Source of the DNA: an uncultured Mycoplasmatota bacterium
GTDB lineage: Bacteria; Bacillota_I; Bacilli_A; RF39; UBA660
DNA length: 64,000 bases
Assembly (NCBI GenBank): GCA_900554315.1
Contig: USGP01000004.1
Location: forward strand, 4,174 to 68,173
Reading direction: 5' to 3'
Within the stretch, counting starts at the first letter, position 1. Each line of letters starts with the position of its first letter. Below, in pieces: positions 55,832 through 63,839 of this stretch. Below the pieces are notes generated by a model, which made no database searches, had not been told where the DNA came from, and was given only the letters and a program-made list of their open reading frames with translations. The translations under genes and the position numbers were made by a program.

Positions 55832-56779
55832 TTAGTTATCATAATTGACTTTTACAATATTCGTAAAATAGTTTTGACCAACTCGATTGGCTTCTGGATT
55901 CCAGTCTTCTGTTACTTTTCCTGTTGTGGTATCCATTTTGGTAATATTCATACCGCCTGTACCAGAACAGTGACTGACTGTGATTTCATTGCCATCTACA
56001 CCAATTACCATACCAACATGTCCATCCATAGAGGCTAAATCTCCTACTTCTACTTTATTGGTAGCACTAGTTAAGGGAATATTTTCACCTAGACTTTCTA
56101 GTTCATCTACAACCATTGGTTGGTTGATGTCATAGCCACCATTTTTTAAAGCCCAGGATACATATCCAGAACAATCAAAACTATTAGGTTGAACGGTACC
56201 TGTTTGACTTCCTCCTGGAGCTGTTACTGTTTTACTTTGTCCCCAGGTAGGATCTAGTCCCTCTGTCAGATTGATATGACCTCCACCCCAGAAGTAATTC
56301 ATATGTGGGAAAGAAGTTACTAAAAACATAGCAGCTGCTGCTGATTTTGCTCTTTCACCAGAGGCATTAGATAGAGATTTTTCAAATAAATTTTCATAAT
56401 AATCGTAATCATAACCGGCTAATTTTTGATTAAATGTATTTTCATAAAGTTCTTTTAAAGTTTTATCGTCTAAGATCATACTATCTAAGCCAGTTAAACT
56501 TAAAGTAAGATTTAGTCCACCTTCTGATTTTGCAAATGCTACAACAGCAGCATAAATATCAGAAGAAAATTCTTTGGATTTTTGAATTATATTATTAAGT
56601 TCATATTCTACATCATCTGATACCGAAGAAAAACAATCATCATGATCTTTCCCTAGATTGATAATTTGTTCTCTTTTTTCTTCTAAATCATTGGGAGTAT
56701 TATAAATTTCACTTAGGACCATATCTATATCTTGTTTTGATCTTAAAACTTTCATATAATCTACTTTAGTTTCTGCCAT
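55832..56779 (-). CDS. Leaderless NlpC/P60 (C40) peptidoglycan hydrolase with a ~100-aa helical N-terminal module
   Basis: YFWGGGH, FDCSGYVSW (Cys203), GHVGMVIG (His254), VSHCSG (His270). No signal peptide. AGGTGA Shine-Dalgarno. Confidence 0.85.
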   Translation of the reverse strand: MAETKVDYMKVLRSKQDIDMVLSEIYNTPNDLEEKREQIINLGKDHDDCFSSVSDDVEYELNNIIQKSKEFSSDIYAAVVAFAKSEGGLNLTLSLTGLDSMILDDKTLKELYENTFNQKLAGYDYDYYENLFEKSLSNASGERAKSAAAAMFLVTSFPHMNYFWGGGHINLTEGLDPTWGQSKTVTAPGGSQTGTVQPNSFDCSGYVSWALKNGGYDINQPMVVDELESLGENIPLTSATNKVEVGDLASMDGHVGMVIGVDGNEITVSHCSGTGGMNITKMDTTTGKVTEDWNPEANRVGQNYFTNIVKVNYDN

Positions 56780-56787
56780 TTGATCAC

Positions 56788-57258
56788 CTATTTCATTTTA
56801 CAAAGCGTATCATACTTTTCTTGATATGCCTGTAGACTTTGATTTAAACTTTCTCTTTTGTTTTTTAAATCTTCACTATTAAATATTGCTATTTGAATAT
56901 TTAACCAAAACATCTCACCATTAATTTCATCTATTTTGGCTTTTACTTTTGTTTTTAATTCTTCAATCTCTTCTGTTCTTTTTTCCTCGGCTTTTGCTAT
57001 TATATTGTCTTTCCAACTATTAATAGTATCTTCTAAAGTCTCTGCTTGTGTTATTAGTTCATTGCTTTTATCTTTTAAAACAGTAGCTCCATCTACTGTA
57101 AAACTTTCTTCACCCAATCCACTTTGCTGAGCTTGTTTTATGGCTTGAGTAAAATTTTTTTTGGCTTCTTTTGCGGTAGTAGCATAGGCATTTGTTAATT
57201 TTTTTACTTCATCTAAATCTAAAATAGCTTTAATTGGTGTGTCACAAGTTATTGTCAT
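56788..57258 (-). CDS. 156-aa helical protein, candidate effector helper
   Basis: ATGA overlap with the upstream gene; predicted coiled coil; segment K..II.KAEE.R.EE resembles the 181-aa protein at 59388-59933. Confidence 0.65.
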   Translation of the reverse strand: MTITCDTPIKAILDLDEVKKLTNAYATTAKEAKKNFTQAIKQAQQSGLGEESFTVDGATVLKDKSNELITQAETLEDTINSWKDNIIAKAEEKRTEEIEELKTKVKAKIDEINGEMFWLNIQIAIFNSEDLKNKRESLNQSLQAYQEKYDTLCKMK

Positions 57259-57581
57259 TCTGTTTCTAAAGTCTCCAATGGAAGTGGTTGTTGATTAGAC
57301 GATGGTGTTTGCTCCTCTTTTATTTTTTCTTCTATTTTTGTAATAAAGCTATTAGATTCTTCATTTTTATAGCCAGAGAAAAATATTTGATCAATTTGTT
57401 CATGGTTAAAGACACAGGTGATATCGGAACGAAGAACTCCTTCTGGGAATACACATCCACAATAATCATAAATTTGATTTGGTCTTTCTTGTGTCCTCAT
57501 ACGATATCCTATAATCATGATTTTTTTTCTTCCACCTTTTAATAATACTACACTACCTAATGGTAAAATTTCTTGTTCCAT
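57255..57581 (-). CDS. DUF4176-like protein (copy 1)
   Basis: ILPLGSVVLLKGGRKKIMIIGY ... YDYCGCVFPEGV ... FNHEQIDQIFFSGY matches my recollection of the DUF4176 signature. Confidence 0.7.
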   Translation of the reverse strand: MEQEILPLGSVVLLKGGRKKIMIIGYRMRTQERPNQIYDYCGCVFPEGVLRSDITCVFNHEQIDQIFFSGYKNEESNSFITKIEEKIKEEQTPSSNQQPLPLETLETE

Positions 57582-57599
57582 ATGTTTCCCCTCTTTTCC

Positions 57600-59375
57600 T
57601 TATTCAAGTTCTCCGTTATTATCTGTTGAGCTTTGTTCATCTATCCATCTTCTTGGGTCAAACTTTAAATCTTCCTCTGATTCTTCTTCTAACGGTTCTG
57701 ATTCTTGGAATTCATCTTCTACTTCTTCCGTTTGTTCATTCATAAAAGCAAAGGAATTGTGTTTATGTTTGTAAGCACTTACTACTTTTGGTCCACCTAT
57801 TCCAGCTGCTGCTGCCATACCAGCAGCTCCTACTCCTAAAGCGATTGGAGCAGCAGATGACTTTGTTTCTATTGTTGTTGGTGTTGAAGTTTCTTTGTCT
57901 AACGTTACTACGTCAACTGGTTTCATACCGGATGAATTATTATTCGTTATTGTATTCTCTAACGTTCCATTTGGACCCAATTCAGTATTTGGATTTGCGT
58001 CTGGTAAATCTGGTAATGGAGCTACACCATTATTAGATGCATTGGCAATACTAGCAATACTTCCAGCTGCTGTTGCAGTTGATGTACCAGTTGGAGTTGA
58101 TGCATGATTTGTTACAATATTTGAAATATTTCCAGCAACTCCTTCTGGAGTCGTTGGTGCTGGTGTTTCTATTGTTGGTGGAGTTGTATTGGTTGTAGGT
58201 GTTTGCACAGATACTTCAGGTGTTGGATTCGTAGGTGTAATTGTTGCAGTATTACCTTGACTTACATTTTCTTGTGGAGTTACTATTTCTTCAATTACCG
58301 GTTCATTGTTTGTTGTAACCGTTGGTGTTTCTACTGATAAAGTAGATGCAATTGGCGTTGTTGCAGCCACGGTTGTAGCTCCTGTTGCAGACGTGATTGA
58401 ATTTACTCTTGCACCTGTACTCGTAGTGCTTGTATAGCTTCCACCTGAACCACCAGATGGAGGATTTGATGGTTGAGAAGCTGTATTAGTTGCAGTAAAC
58501 TCCGCTTTTTTGGCATTTAAAATATTTAATGCTTCCGTATCTGTTCCCACTGCCCAGTTATCACTAGTTGTCTCTACCAAATCTACAGCATCATAGTATT
58601 TCTGCTCTAGTGATGCAAGTTCTTGCGCTTGTTCTTGTGTATATCCTTCATTTAGATATTTATTTACTAAATCGTCCATGTTGGCTGGTTCTAATCCACT
58701 TCTTAAATCTGTTACTGTACTTGCAGTTAGCCCAGATACAACGGTTCCACCAGTTTCAGCCATTTCAGCTTCAGCCATTTCCAATCTAGCTAGTCTTTGA
58801 GCTTCTTCTTCGCTGTAGCCTCTTCCTATATATTTTTCAACTAAAGCATTATACCAACTAGCTCTATTTCTGTATTCTAGTGATGGGTAATAATCAGATA
58901 CACTAGACTCCATCATCTCTTCTATAATCGTTGCTTTTGTTTCTTCTAATATTCTTCTTTCATCATCCGTCATATGTTCAGTAAAGGAATCTTTTGTATA
59001 ATAGAAATTAAAAGTTTCACTTTTCATGTTTTCTCTTTCTTCTTCTGATAGAAGAGGAGATGTTGATATAAAGTTTTTCCATTTTTCTTGATCTACTGTA
59101 TAACTACCATCTTCTGCTTTTGTAAAGCATGAAATGGCTGTTGACATGGTATCGGCAATAGTTGCTACTGATGCAAAGGCTTTGGTTATGTTTTCTTTTT
59201 CATCAACCACAGCAGAAATACCTGAGTCAAGACAATTATCATGAGATTTACTAGTGCTACTTAAATCATCTACAGTATCAATTGCAGCCAACATTGGCTC
59301 TTGATAATCAGTAATTGTGTTTACTGAATCTAATGCATTTTGTAAATCTTCTATTAATACTGATGTGTTTGCCAT
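57600..59375 (-). CDS. 591-aa leaderless modular protein: helical head, duplicated KYxxxGYxxExAQxLAxLE motif, T/S/P/N-rich spacer, glycine-zipper TM, acidic tail
   Basis: AAGGAG Shine-Dalgarno; TM APIALGVGAAGMAAAAGIGGP (57789-57851); tail ends GELE. Confidence 0.8.
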   Translation of the reverse strand: MANTSVLIEDLQNALDSVNTITDYQEPMLAAIDTVDDLSSTSKSHDNCLDSGISAVVDEKENITKAFASVATIADTMSTAISCFTKAEDGSYTVDQEKWKNFISTSPLLSEEERENMKSETFNFYYTKDSFTEHMTDDERRILEETKATIIEEMMESSVSDYYPSLEYRNRASWYNALVEKYIGRGYSEEEAQRLARLEMAEAEMAETGGTVVSGLTASTVTDLRSGLEPANMDDLVNKYLNEGYTQEQAQELASLEQKYYDAVDLVETTSDNWAVGTDTEALNILNAKKAEFTATNTASQPSNPPSGGSGGSYTSTTSTGARVNSITSATGATTVAATTPIASTLSVETPTVTTNNEPVIEEIVTPQENVSQGNTATITPTNPTPEVSVQTPTTNTTPPTIETPAPTTPEGVAGNISNIVTNHASTPTGTSTATAAGSIASIANASNNGVAPLPDLPDANPNTELGPNGTLENTITNNNSSGMKPVDVVTLDKETSTPTTIETKSSAAPIALGVGAAGMAAAAGIGGPKVVSAYKHKHNSFAFMNEQTEEVEDEFQESEPLEEESEEDLKFDPRRWIDEQSSTDNNGELE

Positions 59376-59387
59376 AATTACTCCTTT

Positions 59388-59933
59388 CTATCCTCTGAAA
59401 TATTCATCTTGTTCCACTGTTGTTTTTCTTGCCCTATATGTTTCTAGTATTCCTTCTAAGCTATCAATTTCATTTTGTATCTGTGTTGCATTCATACCTG
59501 AAGTGTCGGCAACATAAGACTGGTATTGACTAGGTACATTGCTCGTTCCATTTAGTGCAGCTTCATATTGGCTTTTCTCACTTTCTAGTGCAGCAATTTT
59601 TGTTTCTAGTTTGCTATAAATAGTTGATAATTCTTCTTTTCTATGTTCTTCAGCAGCTCTTATGATTGCTTCCTTTTGTTCCTCTAGAGAATCAAAAACT
59701 TGTTGTAATTCTAATATTGTTTTTTGTGTTTTTTCATAAAGAATAGGTTGTCCTCCTACATTTAATGAATATTCATCTAATCCTCCACCAGAATTCATAT
59801 GTCTTCCTAAAACATCTACTGTTTCAGCTGTAAATGTTTTTAAATCTATTCCATTCAATGTTTCTGTTATTTTTCCAACATCAAGAAAAGTTTTAGGATC
59901 TGTATCTTCTGTTATTTCTGATATTTTAGGCAT
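59388..59933 (-). CDS. 181-aa helical protein, candidate effector helper
   Basis: AAGGAGGAG Shine-Dalgarno; coiled-coil C-terminal half; sits 12 nt upstream of the 591-aa gene. Confidence 0.7.
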   Translation of the reverse strand: MPKISEITEDTDPKTFLDVGKITETLNGIDLKTFTAETVDVLGRHMNSGGGLDEYSLNVGGQPILYEKTQKTILELQQVFDSLEEQKEAIIRAAEEHRKEELSTIYSKLETKIAALESEKSQYEAALNGTSNVPSQYQSYVADTSGMNATQIQNEIDSLEGILETYRARKTTVEQDEYFRG

Positions 59934-59960
59934 ATTACTCCTCCTTACTGATGCAATACA

Positions 59961-60012
59961 TTGTAAAGAAAAAAAGTTTTTTTCTCTTTACAACACACTG
60001 CATGTGCAGTGT
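59961..60012 (-). other. Two consecutive stem-loops in the 84-nt spacer after the WXG100 gene
   Basis: ACACTGCA-ca-TGCAGTGT (59995-60012) and a long imperfect A/T-rich palindrome TTGTAAAGAGAAAAAAA-c-TTTTTTTCTTTACAA (59961-59993). Confidence 0.5.
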
Positions 60013-60017
60013 ATTTT

Positions 60018-60290
60018 TTAATTTTCTTCGGATCTACCCCAACTAGTGATGGCAGCCATAACATTATCAATTTCTTTGTTAAACATACTTTTATATTGTG
60101 GAAACTTTTCATCTGTAAATTCATTCCACTTTGTTTTGAAATCAGCAGAAGATGCACCATACCAAACTTCTTGGTTGTTAACATTTTCATCTACTAATGC
60201 TGTAAATTGATTAAATAATGAAGTTAATTCATCTAAATTTGAACTAATTTCACCTTTAATTCTTGTTAGTTCACTATAATTTAAAGCCAT
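60018..60290 (-). CDS. WXG100-family protein (EsxA-like)
   Basis: 90 aa, predicted helix-turn-helix, with W-Y-G (VWYGASS) at the centre. AGGAGG Shine-Dalgarno. Confidence 0.8.
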   Translation of the reverse strand: MALNYSELTRIKGEISSNLDELTSLFNQFTALVDENVNNQEVWYGASSADFKTKWNEFTDEKFPQYKSMFNKEIDNVMAAITSWGRSEEN

Positions 60291-60302
60291 CTATAATTCC
60301 TC

Positions 60303-60617
60303 CTATCCATTAATTGCATTCATTGCTTGTTGTTCAGCATCTGTATATCTGTCAACTTGTCTTAATACTTGTTGTTCAAAAGCTGTCATAGTATCATATC
60401 CTTCTTGCATACTTGATTTGAAAGTATTAAATTGTGTTAATAATTGTTGATATACTGCTTCTGCTGCTGGATCTTCAACCCAATAATTATGCATTTCTGT
60501 AATTTTACTTTCTAATAAACCTACTAATTCGTTATATTTTTCCTTATCTCTTCTAATATCTTCTGATAATACTTCCATCTTTTCTTTATTGTAGTTTGTT
60601 GTGTCTGAATAACTCAT
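60303..60617 (-). CDS. WXG100-like partner protein (EsxB-like; no canonical WXG)
   Basis: 104 aa from ATG 60615-17 (the ORF-track GTG lies inside the AGGAGGTGA Shine-Dalgarno). Central YWVEDP turn; C-terminal RYTDAE fits YxxxD/E. Confidence 0.65.
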   Translation of the reverse strand: MSYSDTTNYNKEKMEVLSEDIRRDKEKYNELVGLLESKITEMHNYWVEDPAAEAVYQQLLTQFNTFKSSMQEGYDTMTAFEQQVLRQVDRYTDAEQQAMNAING

Positions 60618-60671
60618 ATCTTTCACCTCCTATATTATAGTAAGAATAACCCTTCCTACTCTTATAATTTC

Positions 60672-60701
60672 ATTATAGTTTGTTTTACCCTTTATAGTCA
60701 A
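60672..60701 (-). promoter_or_regulatory. Strong sigma-A-type promoter of the WXG100 operon, with an inverted repeat over the -35
   Basis: TTGACT (60696-701) - 18 nt - TATAAT (60672-77) on the minus strand. TGTCAA-cttcc-TTGACt inverted repeat at 60696-60712. Confidence 0.6.
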
Positions 60702-60730
60702 GGAAGTTGACAGTCTTTCAATTTTATTTA

Positions 60731-60762
60731 CAAAAAAAACTTCAGATTATTCTGAAGTTTTG
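60731..60762 (-). terminator. Rho-independent terminator separating the two cargo operons
   Basis: AAAACTTCAGA-ataa-TCTGAAGTTTT hairpin followed by a T run on the minus strand; overlaps the stop at 60747-49. Confidence 0.75.
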
Positions 60763-61124
60763 TTTTCTTGTGCATTTGTATTATTAGAATCTGCCTGCAT
60801 ATTTTCCTTAAACTTTTCTATTCCGGCTTTCATGTCATCAGAAAATTTCTTTTGTTCATCTGTTTGGTAACCCATGTAGCAGACTTTTTCAATATTTTCA
60901 TGGTTAAAAGCTATTGTTCTATCACTTTGTAAAATTCCTTCTGGGTAAAAGCAAGCTCCATAGTCAATAATCTTTTTTGTGTTTTCTACTTTTCCATTTT
61001 TATCATATACTTCTCCTGTTGCTACTACGCATGTTGATGTAATCATAACTGGTTTCTTTCCATTTTTTAATAATACAACTGTACCTATTGGTAAAAACTT
61101 TTCTGGTATTTTTTGTTCTTCCAT
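60747..61124 (-). CDS. DUF4176-like protein (copy 2)
   Basis: FLPIGTVVLLKNGKKPVMITS ... IDYGACFYPEGI ... FNHENIEKVCYMGY has the same signature as 57255-57581. Confidence 0.7.
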   Translation of the reverse strand: MEEQKIPEKFLPIGTVVLLKNGKKPVMITSTCVVATGEVYDKNGKVENTKKIIDYGACFYPEGILQSDRTIAFNHENIEKVCYMGYQTDEQKKFSDDMKAGIEKFKENMQADSNNTNAQENKTSE

Positions 61125-61136
61125 TTATTTCTCCTC

Positions 61137-63818
61137 CTATTCTAATTCTTCTTTTTGAGGAGCAATAATGTCGTTGTCATCGATTGTTACGTCTGCTCCA
61201 TCATCTAATGATAATTCATTCATTGTTCCTGCTCTATATTTTTCTGGCTCCGGTTCTTGTTGAGAATTATCGTACTCACCAATTGTATCAATATTTTGTG
61301 CGTTATAATTTCCGCCTAGGAAACTATTTTGAGTATCATTTGATGAATCTTCTTCATCTTCATAATATTCATCATCTTTTCCATTTTTCTTCTGAATATA
61401 ATGAATTCCTGCTACTCCTGCAGCTCCTGCGGCTCCTACACCTAATACTGCTGGTATTGCAGATCCTGCACTACTAGTATCTACATTTGGTGTTGTTGTA
61501 TCATTCTTATCTATACTAATTACATCTAGTGTATTGTCTTTTCCAGGTTTTACAGCGGAAATTGTTCCGTTTTCTATTTCAGAATTATCACCAGCTATAT
61601 TGGCAATATTATCTTCTGGATTAAGTTGTGCTTCTGGACCAATTGGTGTATTTTGTGATTGACTATTAAATCCACCAACAACTGATCCACTATAATTTCC
61701 ACCTGTTGAAGTACTTGGTGTTCCTGTATTTGAACCTGCATTATTAATAATATTTCCTGCTACTCCACCTGGGGTTCCTGCATCTGGTGTACTTGTTGAT
61801 GGAGTTTCAGGTACTTGTTCTTCTCCTGTACTTATATCTCCACTCATGTCTCCATTTGTTCCTGTATCAGGAGTTTCAGTGCTTGGCGTTCCTCCTGTTG
61901 AAGGTGTTTCAGTACTTGGAGTGTTTGTTGATGGAGTTTCGACTTCTGGTGCATTTACTGTTGGTGTTGTATTACTTGATGTTCCTCCTGTATTTCCAGA
62001 AGGTGTTGTGCTGCTATCTATTCTAAATTGAGTAGATGCGCTTCCGCCTCCACCGCCATTTCCACCTGAATTTCCATTACCATTGCCACCAGTTGGAGAA
62101 GAACCACCACCTGATGTATTATTTGAAGTATCTTGTGGGGTCGTATCTTGAGGTGTTGCATCTTGTGGAATTGGTTGTCCTGTTGCTGCTTCTAAAGATG
62201 CAGTTTCTGGAGCATCTAATGTTACTTCACTTGCAAATTGAGCTGCTGCATTATCTCCAGCACTTCCTACTAAGCTTCTTCCTGCTGCATTTAATGCCGC
62301 AACGGTTTGTGCTGGGTTATTTTTTACTACGCTTATACCAGCACCAGCTACTTTTTTCGCTGCGTTTAATGGAACTGTAACTGGTGATGTTACTACCTTA
62401 CCGACCGTTTTTATAGGATGCTCTTTTAGAGATGTTTTGGCTGCATTGAATACTTCTCCTGCTTTTTGTGTTACTGCATTTTTGGCATTTCCTGCCGCTG
62501 TTGTAACTGATGTTTTTGCATTTCCTGCTGCGGTACTTATTTTATTTGGCAAATCTTTTACTGTATTTGGTAGATTAGTAACTGCATCCCCTGCTTTTTG
62601 TAGTCCACTACCTGCCGCTTTTAATCCATTACCAGCGCTTGTTGCTAGCGTTGTTCCGGCAGCAGATGCTGTTGCAAGTGGATGGGCTGCAGCATGGGCA
62701 AATGTATCGCCGGCCTTTTGTCCAGCCTTTGTAATTCGATCTGTATAACCTTGATAGTTAAAATTCTTAGCATTATTCAAATTTATTTGTGCTGTTTCAC
62801 GAGCTGTAAGTGCATCATCTAAATTTTGCTTTAGAACAGAATCAGGTACCATATCGTTTGCTGGATTTCCCTTGATTGCATTTGCAGCATCATCGACTTG
62901 TTGTTGAGCGGTTTTAAGTTGTTCTTGTGCTGATTTAACCGCACTGGATTTTTGGGCATGCTCACTCCATTTACCGCCAGCATAAGCCAAGCCTCCTTGG
63001 ACAAGCCCCTGTTGAATTCCTCCATTTGCTACTGCTTCGTTTAAAGTCATACCTTGTTTAAGATTAGATTCAGTACCACTTCCAACTCCTGATAAGAAAG
63101 CGGTTGCAGTATTCGTTCTTGTAGTAGAACTCAAGAATGTTCCTGCGGCTTTTACAAATTTTCCTGCTTTTGTACTATTAGCAGCAACTGCCCCTGCTCC
63201 TGATAGGAATCCACCAACAGCTAAGTATCCTGCCGTGTTACCTACCAGTTCAAGTCCTCCAGCAATGGCGCTGTCCTCTGTAAAGGCACTAGCTTTTGCC
63301 AGGTCACTTTCATAATAGAAATTAAAGGCATCATGAGACCAATCTGCTTCAATAGCATTCTCAATTCCTGTAGTATCAAATCCAAGACCACCTGCGGCAA
63401 ATCCTATAAGTGATAAACCACCGTCACCAATGTCTTCAAGGACACCTAAAGCTCCTTCTCCAACCTTTGAAAGTCCCATCAGAATTGTACTACCTGCCTT
63501 TTCATACCAAGGTGCTTCTTCGTATGCTTTAATGTCCTCTGCTGCAGAAGTGATTGACTTTCCAATTTCACTGATTGCTGTTGATACTGTATCTAGTGTT
63601 GAATCAAATGTATTTTCTGGTAAACTTCCTACGTATTGTTGAAATCCGTTTACATTATTTAATTCTTGAACAGCTGCTCGTATTGCTTCTTTAGCATCAT
63701 CGACATCATTCTTTGCAATTTTATTTATTCTATCTGTTACATCCGCAACTCTATCATAGTCTGCATAAACATCTGCTGCTTTCGGGTCACGTCCGGTAAG
63801 CCATTCTACAAAACCCAT
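61137..63818 (-). CDS. 893-aa leaderless modular protein: helical head, Gly/Ala-rich region, long T/S/P/G/N low-complexity spacer, glycine-zipper TM, acidic tail
   Basis: GGGGAAAG Shine-Dalgarno; TM AIPAVLGVGAAGAAGVAGI (61404-61460); tail ends EELE; segment DTVSTAISEIGK resembles DTMSTAISCFTK of the 591-aa protein. Confidence 0.8.
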   Translation of the reverse strand: MGFVEWLTGRDPKAADVYADYDRVADVTDRINKIAKNDVDDAKEAIRAAVQELNNVNGFQQYVGSLPENTFDSTLDTVSTAISEIGKSITSAAEDIKAYEEAPWYEKAGSTILMGLSKVGEGALGVLEDIGDGGLSLIGFAAGGLGFDTTGIENAIEADWSHDAFNFYYESDLAKASAFTEDSAIAGGLELVGNTAGYLAVGGFLSGAGAVAANSTKAGKFVKAAGTFLSSTTRTNTATAFLSGVGSGTESNLKQGMTLNEAVANGGIQQGLVQGGLAYAGGKWSEHAQKSSAVKSAQEQLKTAQQQVDDAANAIKGNPANDMVPDSVLKQNLDDALTARETAQINLNNAKNFNYQGYTDRITKAGQKAGDTFAHAAAHPLATASAAGTTLATSAGNGLKAAGSGLQKAGDAVTNLPNTVKDLPNKISTAAGNAKTSVTTAAGNAKNAVTQKAGEVFNAAKTSLKEHPIKTVGKVVTSPVTVPLNAAKKVAGAGISVVKNNPAQTVAALNAAGRSLVGSAGDNAAAQFASEVTLDAPETASLEAATGQPIPQDATPQDTTPQDTSNNTSGGGSSPTGGNGNGNSGGNGGGGGSASTQFRIDSSTTPSGNTGGTSSNTTPTVNAPEVETPSTNTPSTETPSTGGTPSTETPDTGTNGDMSGDISTGEEQVPETPSTSTPDAGTPGGVAGNIINNAGSNTGTPSTSTGGNYSGSVVGGFNSQSQNTPIGPEAQLNPEDNIANIAGDNSEIENGTISAVKPGKDNTLDVISIDKNDTTTPNVDTSSAGSAIPAVLGVGAAGAAGVAGIHYIQKKNGKDDEYYEDEEDSSNDTQNSFLGGNYNAQNIDTIGEYDNSQQEPEPEKYRAGTMNELSLDDGADVTIDDNDIIAPQKEELE

Positions 63819-63839
63819 TTCTTCTTTCCCCTTTCTATT

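Noticed and set aside
59945-60190. 81-aa minus-strand ORF overlapping the WXG100 gene
   Set aside because: It is out of frame with the well-supported WXG100 ORF (which has a Shine-Dalgarno and the WXG motif), and its 3' part runs through the intergenic hairpins.
61137-63818. Calling the 893-aa protein an LXG-domain toxin
   Set aside because: An L-M-G tripeptide exists near residue 113-115, but a tripeptide is not diagnostic. I cannot verify an LXG profile by eye, and no C-terminal toxin domain is recognisable. It is left as an LXG-like possibility only.
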